From NCBI GenBank assembly GCA_041690395.1, contig JAWLHJ010000001.1:192001-256000 (forward strand): DNA of 64,000 nt. Direction: 5' to 3'. This DNA is from Longimicrobiales bacterium. Its GTDB lineage: Bacteria; Gemmatimonadota; Gemmatimonadetes; Longimicrobiales; Gaopeijiaceae. Positions 55,758 through 64,000 of the stretch are shown piece after piece. The notes under the pieces are model-generated. The model was not told where the DNA came from and ran no database searches. It worked only from the letters and a program-made list of their open reading frames with translations. A program made the translations under genes and the position numbers. The first letter of the stretch is position 1. Each line of letters starts with the position of its first letter.

Positions 55758-57176
55758 TCAGACTCCCCTGGGCACGTGCTCGTCGAGCTCACGGCGGGCG
55801 GCGTGGACGGCCTCACGGAAGTCTTTGTCGCTCACCATATCCTCCTCGACCTTACGAATGGAGTGGATGACGGTCGAGTGGTCGCGGCCCCCGAAGAGCT
55901 CGCCGATGCGGACGAGGGACATGCCGAGCATGTCCTTGATCAGGTACATGGCGACCTGCCTGGGCACCGTGAGGTCCTTCGTGCGCCGCTTGGACGCGAG
56001 CGCTTCCGGCCGGACACTCCAGCGGCGGGCGACGGTATCGCGGATGAGCTCCGGCGACACGCGTGGGCGGGACTCCCCACGTCCGAGGACGCCGCGTAAG
56101 GCGGTCCGGGCGAGGTCGAGCGTGATCTCCTGGTGCGTCAACGACGAATAGGCGAGCAGCTTGATCACCGCGCCCTCCAGCTCGCGAACGGACGAGGTGC
56201 ACGACGAGGCGATGAACTCGATGATCTCGTCGTCCATGGAGAGCCCGTCGTCGTCGGCCTTCTTCCGGAGGATGGCCATGCGGGTCTCGAGGTCCGGCGG
56301 ACGGAGGTCGACTACCAGGCCCCACTCGAACCTCGAGACCAAGCGCTCCTCGAGGCGGGCCATCTCCTTGGGTGGCCGGTCGCTCGTCAGCACGATCTGG
56401 CGCTGGGCGTCGTAGAGCGCGTTGAACGTGTGGAAGAACTCCTCCTGCGTGCTCTCCTTGCCCTCCAGGAAGTGCACGTCGTCGACGAGAAGGAGGTCCA
56501 TGTCCCGGTAGCGCCTGCGGAACTGCGCCGTGCGTCCTTCGCGGATGGAGCCCACCAGCTCGTTGGTGAACTTCTCGGAGGAGATGTAGGAGATGCGGCT
56601 GTCGGGATTCTGCGCCAGGAGCTGGTTCCCGATGGCGTGCATGAGATGCGTTTTGCCGAGACCCACGCCCCCGTAGAGGAAGAGGGGGTTGTACATCCGA
56701 GCCGGCTTGTCCGCGACGGCGCTGCACGCGGCCGAGGCGAGCTGGTTGTTCGCTCCGACCACGAAACGGTCGAACGTGTACCGCTCGTTCAGCAGCGGCC
56801 GGGGGACGTCGACCGGCGAGCGTTTGGGCTCGGGCGACGCAGCGGAGCCGGGATGCGACGACTCCGTGGTGTCCGAGCTTCGAGGGGTCGGCAGCTCGAC
56901 GACCGGGATCGCGGTCTGGGTCGAACGCTCGGCGGCTCGGACCGAGACCTTGAGTGGACGGCCGAGGACGCGCTCCGCGGCAGCGTCGAGCACGTGCCCG
57001 AACTTGTCCTCGAGCCACTCGACGTGGAACGGGTTCTGTGCTTCGAGGATGAGCTCGTCGGACGTGGTCGCGACCGCCGACGCGCTCGCGATCCACGTGT
57101 TGAAGCTGTGCTCGGGAACGGACTGGCGGGCGACGTCCTGGATCTTCGACCAGAGCTCGGCCGCCGTCAGCTCCAA
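55758..57176 (-). CDS. dnaA: Chromosomal replication initiator DnaA
   Basis: YNPLFLYGGVGLGKTHL, QEEFFHTFN, SRFEWGL, RELEGA, GGRDHSTV. TTG start with GGAGG SD. Confidence 0.97.
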   Translation of the reverse strand: MELTAAELWSKIQDVARQSVPEHSFNTWIASASAVATTSDELILEAQNPFHVEWLEDKFGHVLDAAAERVLGRPLKVSVRAAERSTQTAIPVVELPTPRSSDTTESSHPGSAASPEPKRSPVDVPRPLLNERYTFDRFVVGANNQLASAACSAVADKPARMYNPLFLYGGVGLGKTHLMHAIGNQLLAQNPDSRISYISSEKFTNELVGSIREGRTAQFRRRYRDMDLLLVDDVHFLEGKESTQEEFFHTFNALYDAQRQIVLTSDRPPKEMARLEERLVSRFEWGLVVDLRPPDLETRMAILRKKADDDGLSMDDEIIEFIASSCTSSVRELEGAVIKLLAYSSLTHQEITLDLARTALRGVLGRGESRPRVSPELIRDTVARRWSVRPEALASKRRTKDLTVPRQVAMYLIKDMLGMSLVRIGELFGGRDHSTVIHSIRKVEEDMVSDKDFREAVHAARRELDEHVPRGV

Positions 57177-57329
57177 GGCACCCTCCAGGAGCGTGGCGCA
57201 CCCTCGTTTCCGGCCCGGTGACCTGAGCGAGAAATGGGAGGGTACGGGGGCATCTCGGGATGCGTGCTCGGAGTGGAGGTGACGGCTCGGGTGGGCTCCC
57301 GTTTTGGACGGGCGCCGAAGCTATCCAGG

Positions 57330-57435
57330 CGATGTGGAAAAGTCAAACGAGGCCACGGAGCGCCTGGATTTCCGTGAATTTCCGGTGCTCGGACCCCCCT
57401 GCGTTGACGCTTTCCACACCGTCTGTTTATCTTTT
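57330..57435. promoter_or_regulatory. dnaA/rpmH divergent promoter region with DnaA boxes
   Basis: TGTGGAAAA 57333-57341 and CTTTCCACA 57410-57418. TTGACG (57404)...TATCTT (57428) sigma70-like promoter. Confidence 0.6.
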
Positions 57436-57462
57436 CAAGCTCGTTTACAAACTTGGTCATCT

Positions 57463-58011
57463 ATGGACCGGGCTCCAAGCCATGAAGCCGACATACAAGC
57501 CGCGCAACCGAAAGCGGGTCAACAAGCACGGGTTCCGCGCACGCATGAAGACGAAGGGCGGACGCAAGGCGCTCAACCGGCGCCGTCGTCGCGGCCGCGC
57601 TCAACTCGTCGTGAAGGTCGGCGGGAAGTAGGCGGCGCATCGCGGCCCCGGGGAGAGACTCTCCCGCGGGGGGCGCGCATCACGCGCAGCGTCGAGATCG
57701 AGGCGTTGCTGGAGCGGGGGAAGCGCAGGAGGACGAAGAATCTCGACGTCTTCTTCGCGCCGTCCCCCGCTTCGCGTTCCCGGTTCGGGGCTATCGTTCC
57801 GAAGCACGGCCACCGGATCGTCGATCGCAATCTCGTGAAGCGGAGGTTGCGGGAGATCGGGAGGAAGGACGTGCTGCCGAGGCTGGACGCCGCTGAGGCG
57901 TGGACCGACGTCCTGGTCCGCGCCCGCCGGTCGGCCTATGCGGCGCGATACGAAGACTTGAAGCGCGAGTTGGCGGAGGCCCTGGAGACGACGTGGTCGC
58001 AAAGCTCCTGA
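57463..58011 (+). CDS. rnpA: RNase P protein component; conserved core begins ~57655, start codon uncertain
   Basis: [26 protein letters not shown] (RNR-like motif). Canonical position after rpmH. Confidence 0.85.
   Translation: MDRAPSHEADIQAAQPKAGQQARVPRTHEDEGRTQGAQPAPSSRPRSTRREGRREVGGASRPRGETLPRGARITRSVEIEALLERGKRRRTKNLDVFFAPSPASRSRFGAIVPKHGHRIVDRNLVKRRLREIGRKDVLPRLDAAEAWTDVLVRARRSAYAARYEDLKRELAEALETTWSQSS
57482..57631 (+). CDS. rpmH: 50S ribosomal protein L34
   Basis: [28 protein letters not shown]. Confidence 0.96.
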   Translation: MKPTYKPRNRKRVNKHGFRARMKTKGGRKALNRRRRRGRAQLVVKVGGK

Positions 58012-58286
58012 TCGGACTGGTCCGGTTCTACCGGGCCGCGATATCCCCGTGGACTCCACCCGCCTGCCGATACGTGCCCAGCTGTTCGGCGTACGCCGTC
58101 GAGGCGCTGGAGCGCCATGGAGCGGCCAGGGGGTTCTGGCTCGCGCTCCGGCGGGTCGCGCGCTGCCACCCATGGGGTGGCCAGGGTTACGATCCCGTTC
58201 CACTCGAAGCATTACCCACCACGCCTGACGCGACCGGCGCCCATCAGCCGGTGGCCCCCCGTGACTCGAGAATGACGACCGGATGA
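57993..58286 (+). CDS. yidD: Membrane protein insertion efficiency factor
   Basis: [23 protein letters not shown]. Confidence 0.93.
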   Translation: MVAKLLIGLVRFYRAAISPWTPPACRYVPSCSAYAVEALERHGAARGFWLALRRVARCHPWGGQGYDPVPLEALPTTPDATGAHQPVAPRDSRMTTG

Positions 58287-60019
58287 GAACAGAGATCCGT
58301 TTCCTGATGGCGATCGTCCTCATGCTGGGCGTGCTGGTCGGCACGAACCTGCTGTTCCCGCCGGTCGTGCCCGAGGTGCAGGACGGTACGGAGCCGACCG
58401 CGGACTCCGTGGCGGGGGGGCCGGCCGAGGTCGCCGCCGAGCAGGACACGCCGGCTACCGCGGTGCCCGCTCGGGGCGCTCAGCCGAGCATGGGACCCGC
58501 GACCGATACGGTGCCGGAGGCCGGGGCGGTGGTCGAGAGCGCTCAGCCGGAGCGCATCGTCACGGTGAGCGGCCCGATGTTCCGGTACGACTTCTCCACG
58601 CACGGGGCGCGCATGGTGTCCGTGCAGATGACCCGGTTCGACGCGCTGAACCGCGAGGGGCTGGTCGACCTGATTCCGGAAGGGGTCGACGGGTACTTCG
58701 AGCACCGGCTGGTCGTGGGACGCGATACGCTCGACCTGTCTCGCGTGCCGTACGTCGTGGAGCCGGCCGACGGAATCACGCTCGAGGAGGGTGGCTCCCC
58801 CCAGACGCTCCGGTTCGTCTACCAGGCCCCGAACGGTGGACTGACCTTCGAGGTCGGCTACACGTTCCATCCGGACCGGTACCAGGTGGACGTGGCCGGG
58901 CGGGTCGTCGGCCTGGAGCGCCCGCTCCTGCTTACCGACGTCGGTCAGGGACTCGCGTACGCCGAGGCGGACTCGGCCGACGAAGCCCGCATGATGGCGT
59001 ACGTGTACAACCACGTGCAGGACGGCATCGAGTCCACGAACCTGGACGACGCCGAGCCGGGCATCGTCGAGGGGCCACTCCTCTGGACCGCGACCCGGAG
59101 CAAGTTCTTCGTCATCTCGCTGCTCGCTGGCCGCGACGAGGCGTCGGGGGAGGCCAACGGCGACTACCTGGGCGGGCTGATCCTGGAGCCGAGCGATCTC
59201 CCGGACCGCATCTCGATCTGGGCGGCCCAGAGCGCCGCGAACGGTGAGTTCGCCTACCGCCTCTTCATGGGTCCCCAGGACTACACGCGGCTGACCTCGC
59301 TGGGTCAGGGCATGGAAGAGGTGAATCCCTACGGATGGCGCTTCTTCCGTCCGATCATCCGGCCGTTCGTGTCGGTCATCATGGCCGTCCTGGTGTTCTT
59401 CCACACCACGCTGGACCTCGGCTACGGATGGGTCCTGATGGTCGTGGGTGTCCTCATGCGCATCGTGCTCTTCCCGCTGAACCACAAGGCGATGAAGGCA
59501 CAACTGCGAAACATGGCCGTCCAGCCGCTAGTGCAGGAGATCCAGACGAAGCACAAGGACAATCCGGAGAAGCTGCAGAAGGAGATGATGCGGCTGTACA
59601 AGGAGCACGGCTTCAACCCGTTCGCGGGATGTTTGCCGATGTTGCTTCCCTGGCCGATGCTCATCGCGCTCTTTTTCGTCTTCCAGAACACGATCGAGCT
59701 GCGCGGCGTGGAGTTCCTGTGGCTGCCTGATCTGTCGGCGAAGGATCCGTTCTACATCCTGCCGATCATCCTCGCTGTGTCGATGTTCCTGATGCAGTGG
59801 GTGAGCCTGAAGTCGCTCGATCAACCCAATGCGCAGCTCAAGATGATGATGTGGGTGATGCCAGGATTCATGTTGTTCATCTTCATGAACCTGGCGAGCG
59901 GCCTGAATCTCTACTACGCGACGACGAACCTGGCCACGATCCCCCAGCAGGTCTGGATCGCCAAGGAGCGCCGTAAGATGAGGGACAAGCCGCCGCCGAC
60001 GCTCAAGAAGAAGGAATAG
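58283..60019 (+). CDS. yidC: Membrane protein insertase
   Basis: [27 protein letters not shown]. Confidence 0.95.
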   Translation: MRTEIRFLMAIVLMLGVLVGTNLLFPPVVPEVQDGTEPTADSVAGGPAEVAAEQDTPATAVPARGAQPSMGPATDTVPEAGAVVESAQPERIVTVSGPMFRYDFSTHGARMVSVQMTRFDALNREGLVDLIPEGVDGYFEHRLVVGRDTLDLSRVPYVVEPADGITLEEGGSPQTLRFVYQAPNGGLTFEVGYTFHPDRYQVDVAGRVVGLERPLLLTDVGQGLAYAEADSADEARMMAYVYNHVQDGIESTNLDDAEPGIVEGPLLWTATRSKFFVISLLAGRDEASGEANGDYLGGLILEPSDLPDRISIWAAQSAANGEFAYRLFMGPQDYTRLTSLGQGMEEVNPYGWRFFRPIIRPFVSVIMAVLVFFHTTLDLGYGWVLMVVGVLMRIVLFPLNHKAMKAQLRNMAVQPLVQEIQTKHKDNPEKLQKEMMRLYKEHGFNPFAGCLPMLLPWPMLIALFFVFQNTIELRGVEFLWLPDLSAKDPFYILPIILAVSMFLMQWVSLKSLDQPNAQLKMMMWVMPGFMLFIFMNLASGLNLYYATTNLATIPQQVWIAKERRKMRDKPPPTLKKKE

Positions 60020-60031
60020 CCGGGCGCGCCC

Positions 60032-61429
60032 ATGGAAGTCGACACCATCGTAGCGCTGTCTACCGCGCCGGGTGTCGGCGCCATCGCGGTGGTGCGCATG
60101 TCGGGTCCGGATGCGTTCCGGGTCCTGCGGGAGGTCGCTCCTGAGGTCGAGGATCTGGCGCCCGCAGCGCGTGCCGCGACTTTGCTGCGGATCGTCGATC
60201 CCGAGGACGGCGTGGTCATCGACAGGGCGCTCGTGACGCGCTTCGTCGCGCCCGACAGTTATACGGGCGAAGATCTCGTCGAGATCTCGTGTCACGGGGG
60301 CGTGCTGGTGCCGCACCTGGTGCTCGACGCCTGCCGCTCCGCGGGAGCCCGTGAGGCCGAGCCGGGCGAGTTCACCCGCCGCGCGTATCTGCGGGGGCGC
60401 ATGGACCTCGTGCAGGCTGAGGCCGTCGACGACCTGATCCATGCACGCAGCCGGGCCCTCCATCGGGCGTCGGTCGCCCAGCTGGAGCGGGGGTTGTCGG
60501 AGCGGGTGGGGGCCCTGCGGGCCGAGCTCGTGCGCCTTGAAGCGCTCCTCGCACACCACGTGGATTTCCCGGAGGAGGATGATCCGCCGGTGCCCCTCGA
60601 GCGAGTGCGTGAGGAGGCCGGCGAGGTCGCGAGGAGCATCGAGCGGATGCTGGCGACGGCGCCCGAAGGGGAGTTGCTGCGTGAGGGTGCGCTCGTGGTT
60701 CTGGCCGGCCGGCCGAACGTGGGGAAGTCCTCGTTGTACAACGCGTTGCTGGGGCGCGAGCGTGCGATCGTGACGGAGATCGCCGGCACGACGCGCGACG
60801 CGATCGAGGCGGACGTCGAGCTCGGCGGCTTCCCGTTCCGGCTGGTGGACACGGCCGGACTGAGGGAGACCGACGAGCGGATCGAGCGCCTGGGGATCGA
60901 GGTGACGAGACGGTATCTGGAGTCGGCCGAGGTCATGCTGTTCTGCGTCGAAGCGGGTAAGCCGCTGGATGAAGAAGAGCGCGCGTTTCTGGATGCGCAG
61001 AGAGGGCGGACGCTGATCGTGGTCGAGACGAAGGGCGACCGGGTGGACGGGTTGGACCAGGTGGGCGAAGCGTTCGAGGCGGGCGGGCTGTCGGCGGCCG
61101 AACGGTCGTGGCGCGCCATCCGGGTATCGACCGTGTCCGGACAGGGGCTGGACGAGGTTCGCACCGCCCTGCCGGCGCTCGTCTTCGCGGGCCTGGCGCG
61201 GGGCGCGGACGATGTGCCGGTCATCACTCGCCGCCGCCATGCGCGGGCGCTCCGGGACGCCGCGGAGGCGGTGAAGGCGTTCGGGACCGCCCTCGAGGAC
61301 GGGGTGCCGCCGGAGGTGGCCGGAGCCCATCTTCGCGAGGCGGAGAGCGCCCTGGAGGACTTGGTCGGCGTGATTTCCACCGAGGACGTGTTGGACGTGG
61401 TGTTCAGGGACTTCTGCGTGGGGAAGTGA
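60032..61429 (+). CDS. mnmE: tRNA modification GTPase
   Basis: DTIVALST, SYTGED, GRPNVGKSS, GTTRD, DTAG, FCVGK. Confidence 0.96.
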   Translation: MEVDTIVALSTAPGVGAIAVVRMSGPDAFRVLREVAPEVEDLAPAARAATLLRIVDPEDGVVIDRALVTRFVAPDSYTGEDLVEISCHGGVLVPHLVLDACRSAGAREAEPGEFTRRAYLRGRMDLVQAEAVDDLIHARSRALHRASVAQLERGLSERVGALRAELVRLEALLAHHVDFPEEDDPPVPLERVREEAGEVARSIERMLATAPEGELLREGALVVLAGRPNVGKSSLYNALLGRERAIVTEIAGTTRDAIEADVELGGFPFRLVDTAGLRETDERIERLGIEVTRRYLESAEVMLFCVEAGKPLDEEERAFLDAQRGRTLIVVETKGDRVDGLDQVGEAFEAGGLSAAERSWRAIRVSTVSGQGLDEVRTALPALVFAGLARGADDVPVITRRRHARALRDAAEAVKAFGTALEDGVPPEVAGAHLREAESALEDLVGVISTEDVLDVVFRDFCVGK

Positions 61430-61743
61430 TGGCGGACGGCACCGGAGGTATGCGGGAGGTACGGAGATACCGAGTGGAGGGACGCGTTCAGGGAGTCGGA
61501 TTCCGCTGGTGGACCCGGAAGACGGCCGCGGACGTGGGGTTGAATGGGCGCGTGCGTAATCTGGTGGACGGCGCGGTCGAGGTGGAAGCGGCCGGGCCGG
61601 CCGGGGCGCTGGACGCGCTGGCGGCCCGGCTCCGGCTTGGACCGGGTCCGGCCAACGTGTCCCGCGTCGAGCGACTCGATGTAGGGAGCGCGCTGCGCGA
61701 CGAGGCCGCCGGGTGGAGCTCGTTCGAGATCGACCGTGGATGA
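61429..61743 (+). CDS. acyP: Acylphosphatase (alternative start at 61450)
   Basis: GRVQGVGFR, G.VRN..DG.VE. Confidence 0.9.
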   Translation: MADGTGGMREVRRYRVEGRVQGVGFRWWTRKTAADVGLNGRVRNLVDGAVEVEAAGPAGALDALAARLRLGPGPANVSRVERLDVGSALRDEAAGWSSFEIDRG

Positions 61744-61795
61744 CGGACCGAGGGCGGCGGCGGCGGATAACATGCAGGGCGCGTAAGGAGCGGCG

Positions 61796-63682
61796 ATGAG
61801 GAAGAAGTACGGAGTGATCGTGGTGGGCGGCGGGCACGCGGGCACGGAGGCCGCGGCGGCTTCCGCTCGGGCCGGCGTCCGAACGCTGCTCGTGTCCCCG
61901 GATCTCACTCGGCTCGGTCAGATGAGCTGCAATCCGGCGATCGGCGGCGTGGCGAAGGGCGTCGTGGCTCGCGAGGTCGATGCCCTGGGCGGGGTCATGG
62001 GCCAGGCGACCGACGCATCGAGGATCCAGTTCCGCATGCTGAATCGGTCCAAGGGACCCGCAGTGTGGGGCCCTCGCGCCCAGTGCGACCGCGCGCTCTA
62101 TCCGATCGCGGTACGACGCGTTCTGGACGGCCTTCCCGAGCTCGACCTGTTCCAGGAGATGGTCACCGGGCTCGTCGCCGAGGACGGGAAGGTGCTGGGG
62201 ATCCGGACGCGTGGAGGTCTCGAGTTCGAGGCGGATGCCGTGGTGGTCACGACCGGGACATTCCTCCGCGGGAAGATCCACATCGGGGGGAGCGCCGGGG
62301 TCGAGGCGGGACGCGCCGGTGAGGCGCCTTCGGTGGAGTTGGCGGAGGGCCTCGAAGGGCTCGGTTTGTCAGTGGCCCGCTTCAAGACGGGGACGCCGCC
62401 TCGCGTCGACGGACGGACGGTCGACGTCGGGCGGCTGGAGCGGCAGGACGGTGAGGACGGGGACTACCGCTTCTCGGCCTATACACGGGAGGCCGTCCCG
62501 GAGCAGATGCCGTGCTGGATCACGTGGGCGAGCGACGGCCTCAAGCGCGTGGTGACGGAGAACCTGGCGCGAAGCGCCCTGTATGGAGGCGAGATCGCGG
62601 GACGGGGACCGCGCTACTGTCCCTCGATCGAGGACAAAGTCGTGCGCTTTCCCGATGCGCCACGGCATCAGGTGTTCCTCGAGCCCGAAGGGCTGCACAC
62701 GACCGAGTTGTACGTGAACGGCCTGTCCACGTCGCTTCCAGCCGACGTGCAGTTGGAGTTCCTGCGTACGGTGCCGGGGCTCGAGGACGTCGTCATGACG
62801 AAGGTCGGGTACGCCATCGAGTACGACTACTTCCCGCCGCACCAGCTCCGGCACACGCTCGAGCTGAAGGACGTGCCGGGGCTCTTCTTCGCCGGACAGA
62901 TCAACGGGACCACGGGATACGAGGAGGCGGCGGGGCAGGGCATCGTCGCGGGCATCAATGCCGCGCTGCGGGTCAGGGGTGAAGCCCCGCTCGTGCTCGA
63001 GCGGGACCAGGCGTACATCGGCGTCCTGATCGACGACCTCGTCACGCGCGGCGTCGACGAACCCTACCGGCTATTCACGTCCCGGGCGGAGTTCCGCCTC
63101 CTCCTGCGGCAGGACAACGCTCCGCGGCGGTTGGGATCGTTGGCCAGGGAGCGCGGCCTACTCACGGAGGATCAGGCAGTGGCCCTGAGGGAGCGGCTGG
63201 CCGCCGAGGACCGGGTGCTGGTGTGGTTCCGTGAGACGAATATCGACCCCGAGGCCTCGCGGGAATTGCTGGAGGCCGCCGGCTCGACCCCGCTACCTGA
63301 ACCCACACGGGCGGCGGAGGTGCTCAAGCGACCCAGGGTCGGGGCCGCCGCGTTGCTCGACGTGGGGCCAGAGCCGCCGAAGGACGTGGAGGAAGATGCG
63401 GTGTTGGCCGCGGTCGAGGTCGAGCTCAAGTACGAGGGGTACGTCATGCGGGAGCGGGAGCGCGCCGAGCGCCTTCGGCGTCAGGCTGAGGTGGAGCTCC
63501 GTGACGATCTTCCTTATACCGAGATGAAGACGTTGTCGCACGAAGCGCGAGAGAAGCTCGCAGCTGTGCGTCCCGGGACGCTGGCTCAGGCGGGCCGCAT
63601 CCCCGGTGTGTCGCCCGCGGATCTCCAGAATCTCCTGTTGGAGGTCAGGCGGCGAGTCGCGTCCAGCACGGCGGTCGGTTAG
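61796..63682 (+). CDS. mnmG: tRNA uridine-5-carboxymethylaminomethyl modification enzyme
   Basis: [43 protein letters not shown]. Confidence 0.97.
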   Translation: MRKKYGVIVVGGGHAGTEAAAASARAGVRTLLVSPDLTRLGQMSCNPAIGGVAKGVVAREVDALGGVMGQATDASRIQFRMLNRSKGPAVWGPRAQCDRALYPIAVRRVLDGLPELDLFQEMVTGLVAEDGKVLGIRTRGGLEFEADAVVVTTGTFLRGKIHIGGSAGVEAGRAGEAPSVELAEGLEGLGLSVARFKTGTPPRVDGRTVDVGRLERQDGEDGDYRFSAYTREAVPEQMPCWITWASDGLKRVVTENLARSALYGGEIAGRGPRYCPSIEDKVVRFPDAPRHQVFLEPEGLHTTELYVNGLSTSLPADVQLEFLRTVPGLEDVVMTKVGYAIEYDYFPPHQLRHTLELKDVPGLFFAGQINGTTGYEEAAGQGIVAGINAALRVRGEAPLVLERDQAYIGVLIDDLVTRGVDEPYRLFTSRAEFRLLLRQDNAPRRLGSLARERGLLTEDQAVALRERLAAEDRVLVWFRETNIDPEASRELLEAAGSTPLPEPTRAAEVLKRPRVGAAALLDVGPEPPKDVEEDAVLAAVEVELKYEGYVMRERERAERLRRQAEVELRDDLPYTEMKTLSHEAREKLAAVRPGTLAQAGRIPGVSPADLQNLLLEVRRRVASSTAVG

Positions 63683-63696
63683 AAGCCGACGCGGGC

Positions 63697-63712
63697 TGTT
63701 TCACGTGAAACA
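63697..63712. other. parS: parS site 1
   Basis: Perfect TGTTTCACGTGAAACA palindrome. Confidence 0.93.
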
Positions 63713-63782
63713 GGGGCCCCGCCAGCGCCCCCCAGGGAGGGCCGGGCACGGGAGGGATCGGGCGGGGTCGCAGACCTCGGCC

Positions 63783-63798
63783 TGTTTCACGTGAAACA
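63783..63798. other. parS: parS site 2
   Basis: Perfect TGTTTCACGTGAAACA palindrome, 86 bp from site 1. Confidence 0.93.
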
Positions 63799-63848
63799 GC
63801 GCGCCCGCCGGATGCCATGAGATCCGCTCGGTCTGGGGCGAGCCCGGG

Positions 63849-64000
63849 CTAGCTTCGCTCCAGCACGACGTGCAGCGTGGCGGGCTCGGACGTTCCGTCG
63901 AAGTTGAAGTCGAACTCGGTCGGGCCGTCCAGGATCAGCACATCAGGACCGTCGAACTCGTAGGCCGACGTGGCGCTGGCCCCCTGGGCGGGATTCAGCC
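63849..64000 (-). CDS. 3' end of a hypothetical protein, truncated by window edge
   Basis: Open frame ...LILDGPTEFDFNFDGTSEPATLHVVLERS-stop. Confidence 0.6.
   Translation of the reverse strand, partial: LNPAQGASATSAYEFDGPDVLILDGPTEFDFNFDGTSEPATLHVVLERS

Overview
High-GC (~70%) bacterial chromosomal segment. Gene content and protein styles suggest Gemmatimonadota (inference, not verified). The right end is the replication origin region: dnaN, oriC with a Bacillus-like DnaA-box/DnaA-trio unwinding element, dnaA, rpmH, rnpA, yidD, yidC, mnmE, acylphosphatase, mnmG and two perfect parS sites. The rest is housekeeping and accessory genes. These include a 4-hydroxybenzoyl-CoA-reductase-like molybdoenzyme operon interrupted by a DUF1460 amidase, an ECF sigma/Ser-Thr kinase pair, two ECF41 sigma factors with visible target promoters, a phospholipid cluster with a Tam41-like cytidylyltransferase, and tRNA-Asn. 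The two best candidates for undescribed systems are: (1) a 14.5-kb four-gene envelope operon (9280-23741, minus strand) encoding a ~2,720-aa secreted TANFOR-like protein with ~90-aa beta-rich repeats, a peptidase-like propeller lacking its catalytic domain, an outer-membrane beta-barrel and an invasin-like Ig lipoprotein; (2) a putative peptide-signalling locus (35840-42538) in which a 24-aa Trp-terminated peptide missed by the ORF track, with a perfect Shine-Dalgarno, lies directly before a membrane HD-GYP gene in a lower-GC patch next to a SARP/AAA/TPR regulator. A third oddity is a possible Thermus-like rnpA reading frame that fully overlaps rpmH. All family assignments come from motif recognition by eye; no database searches were run.
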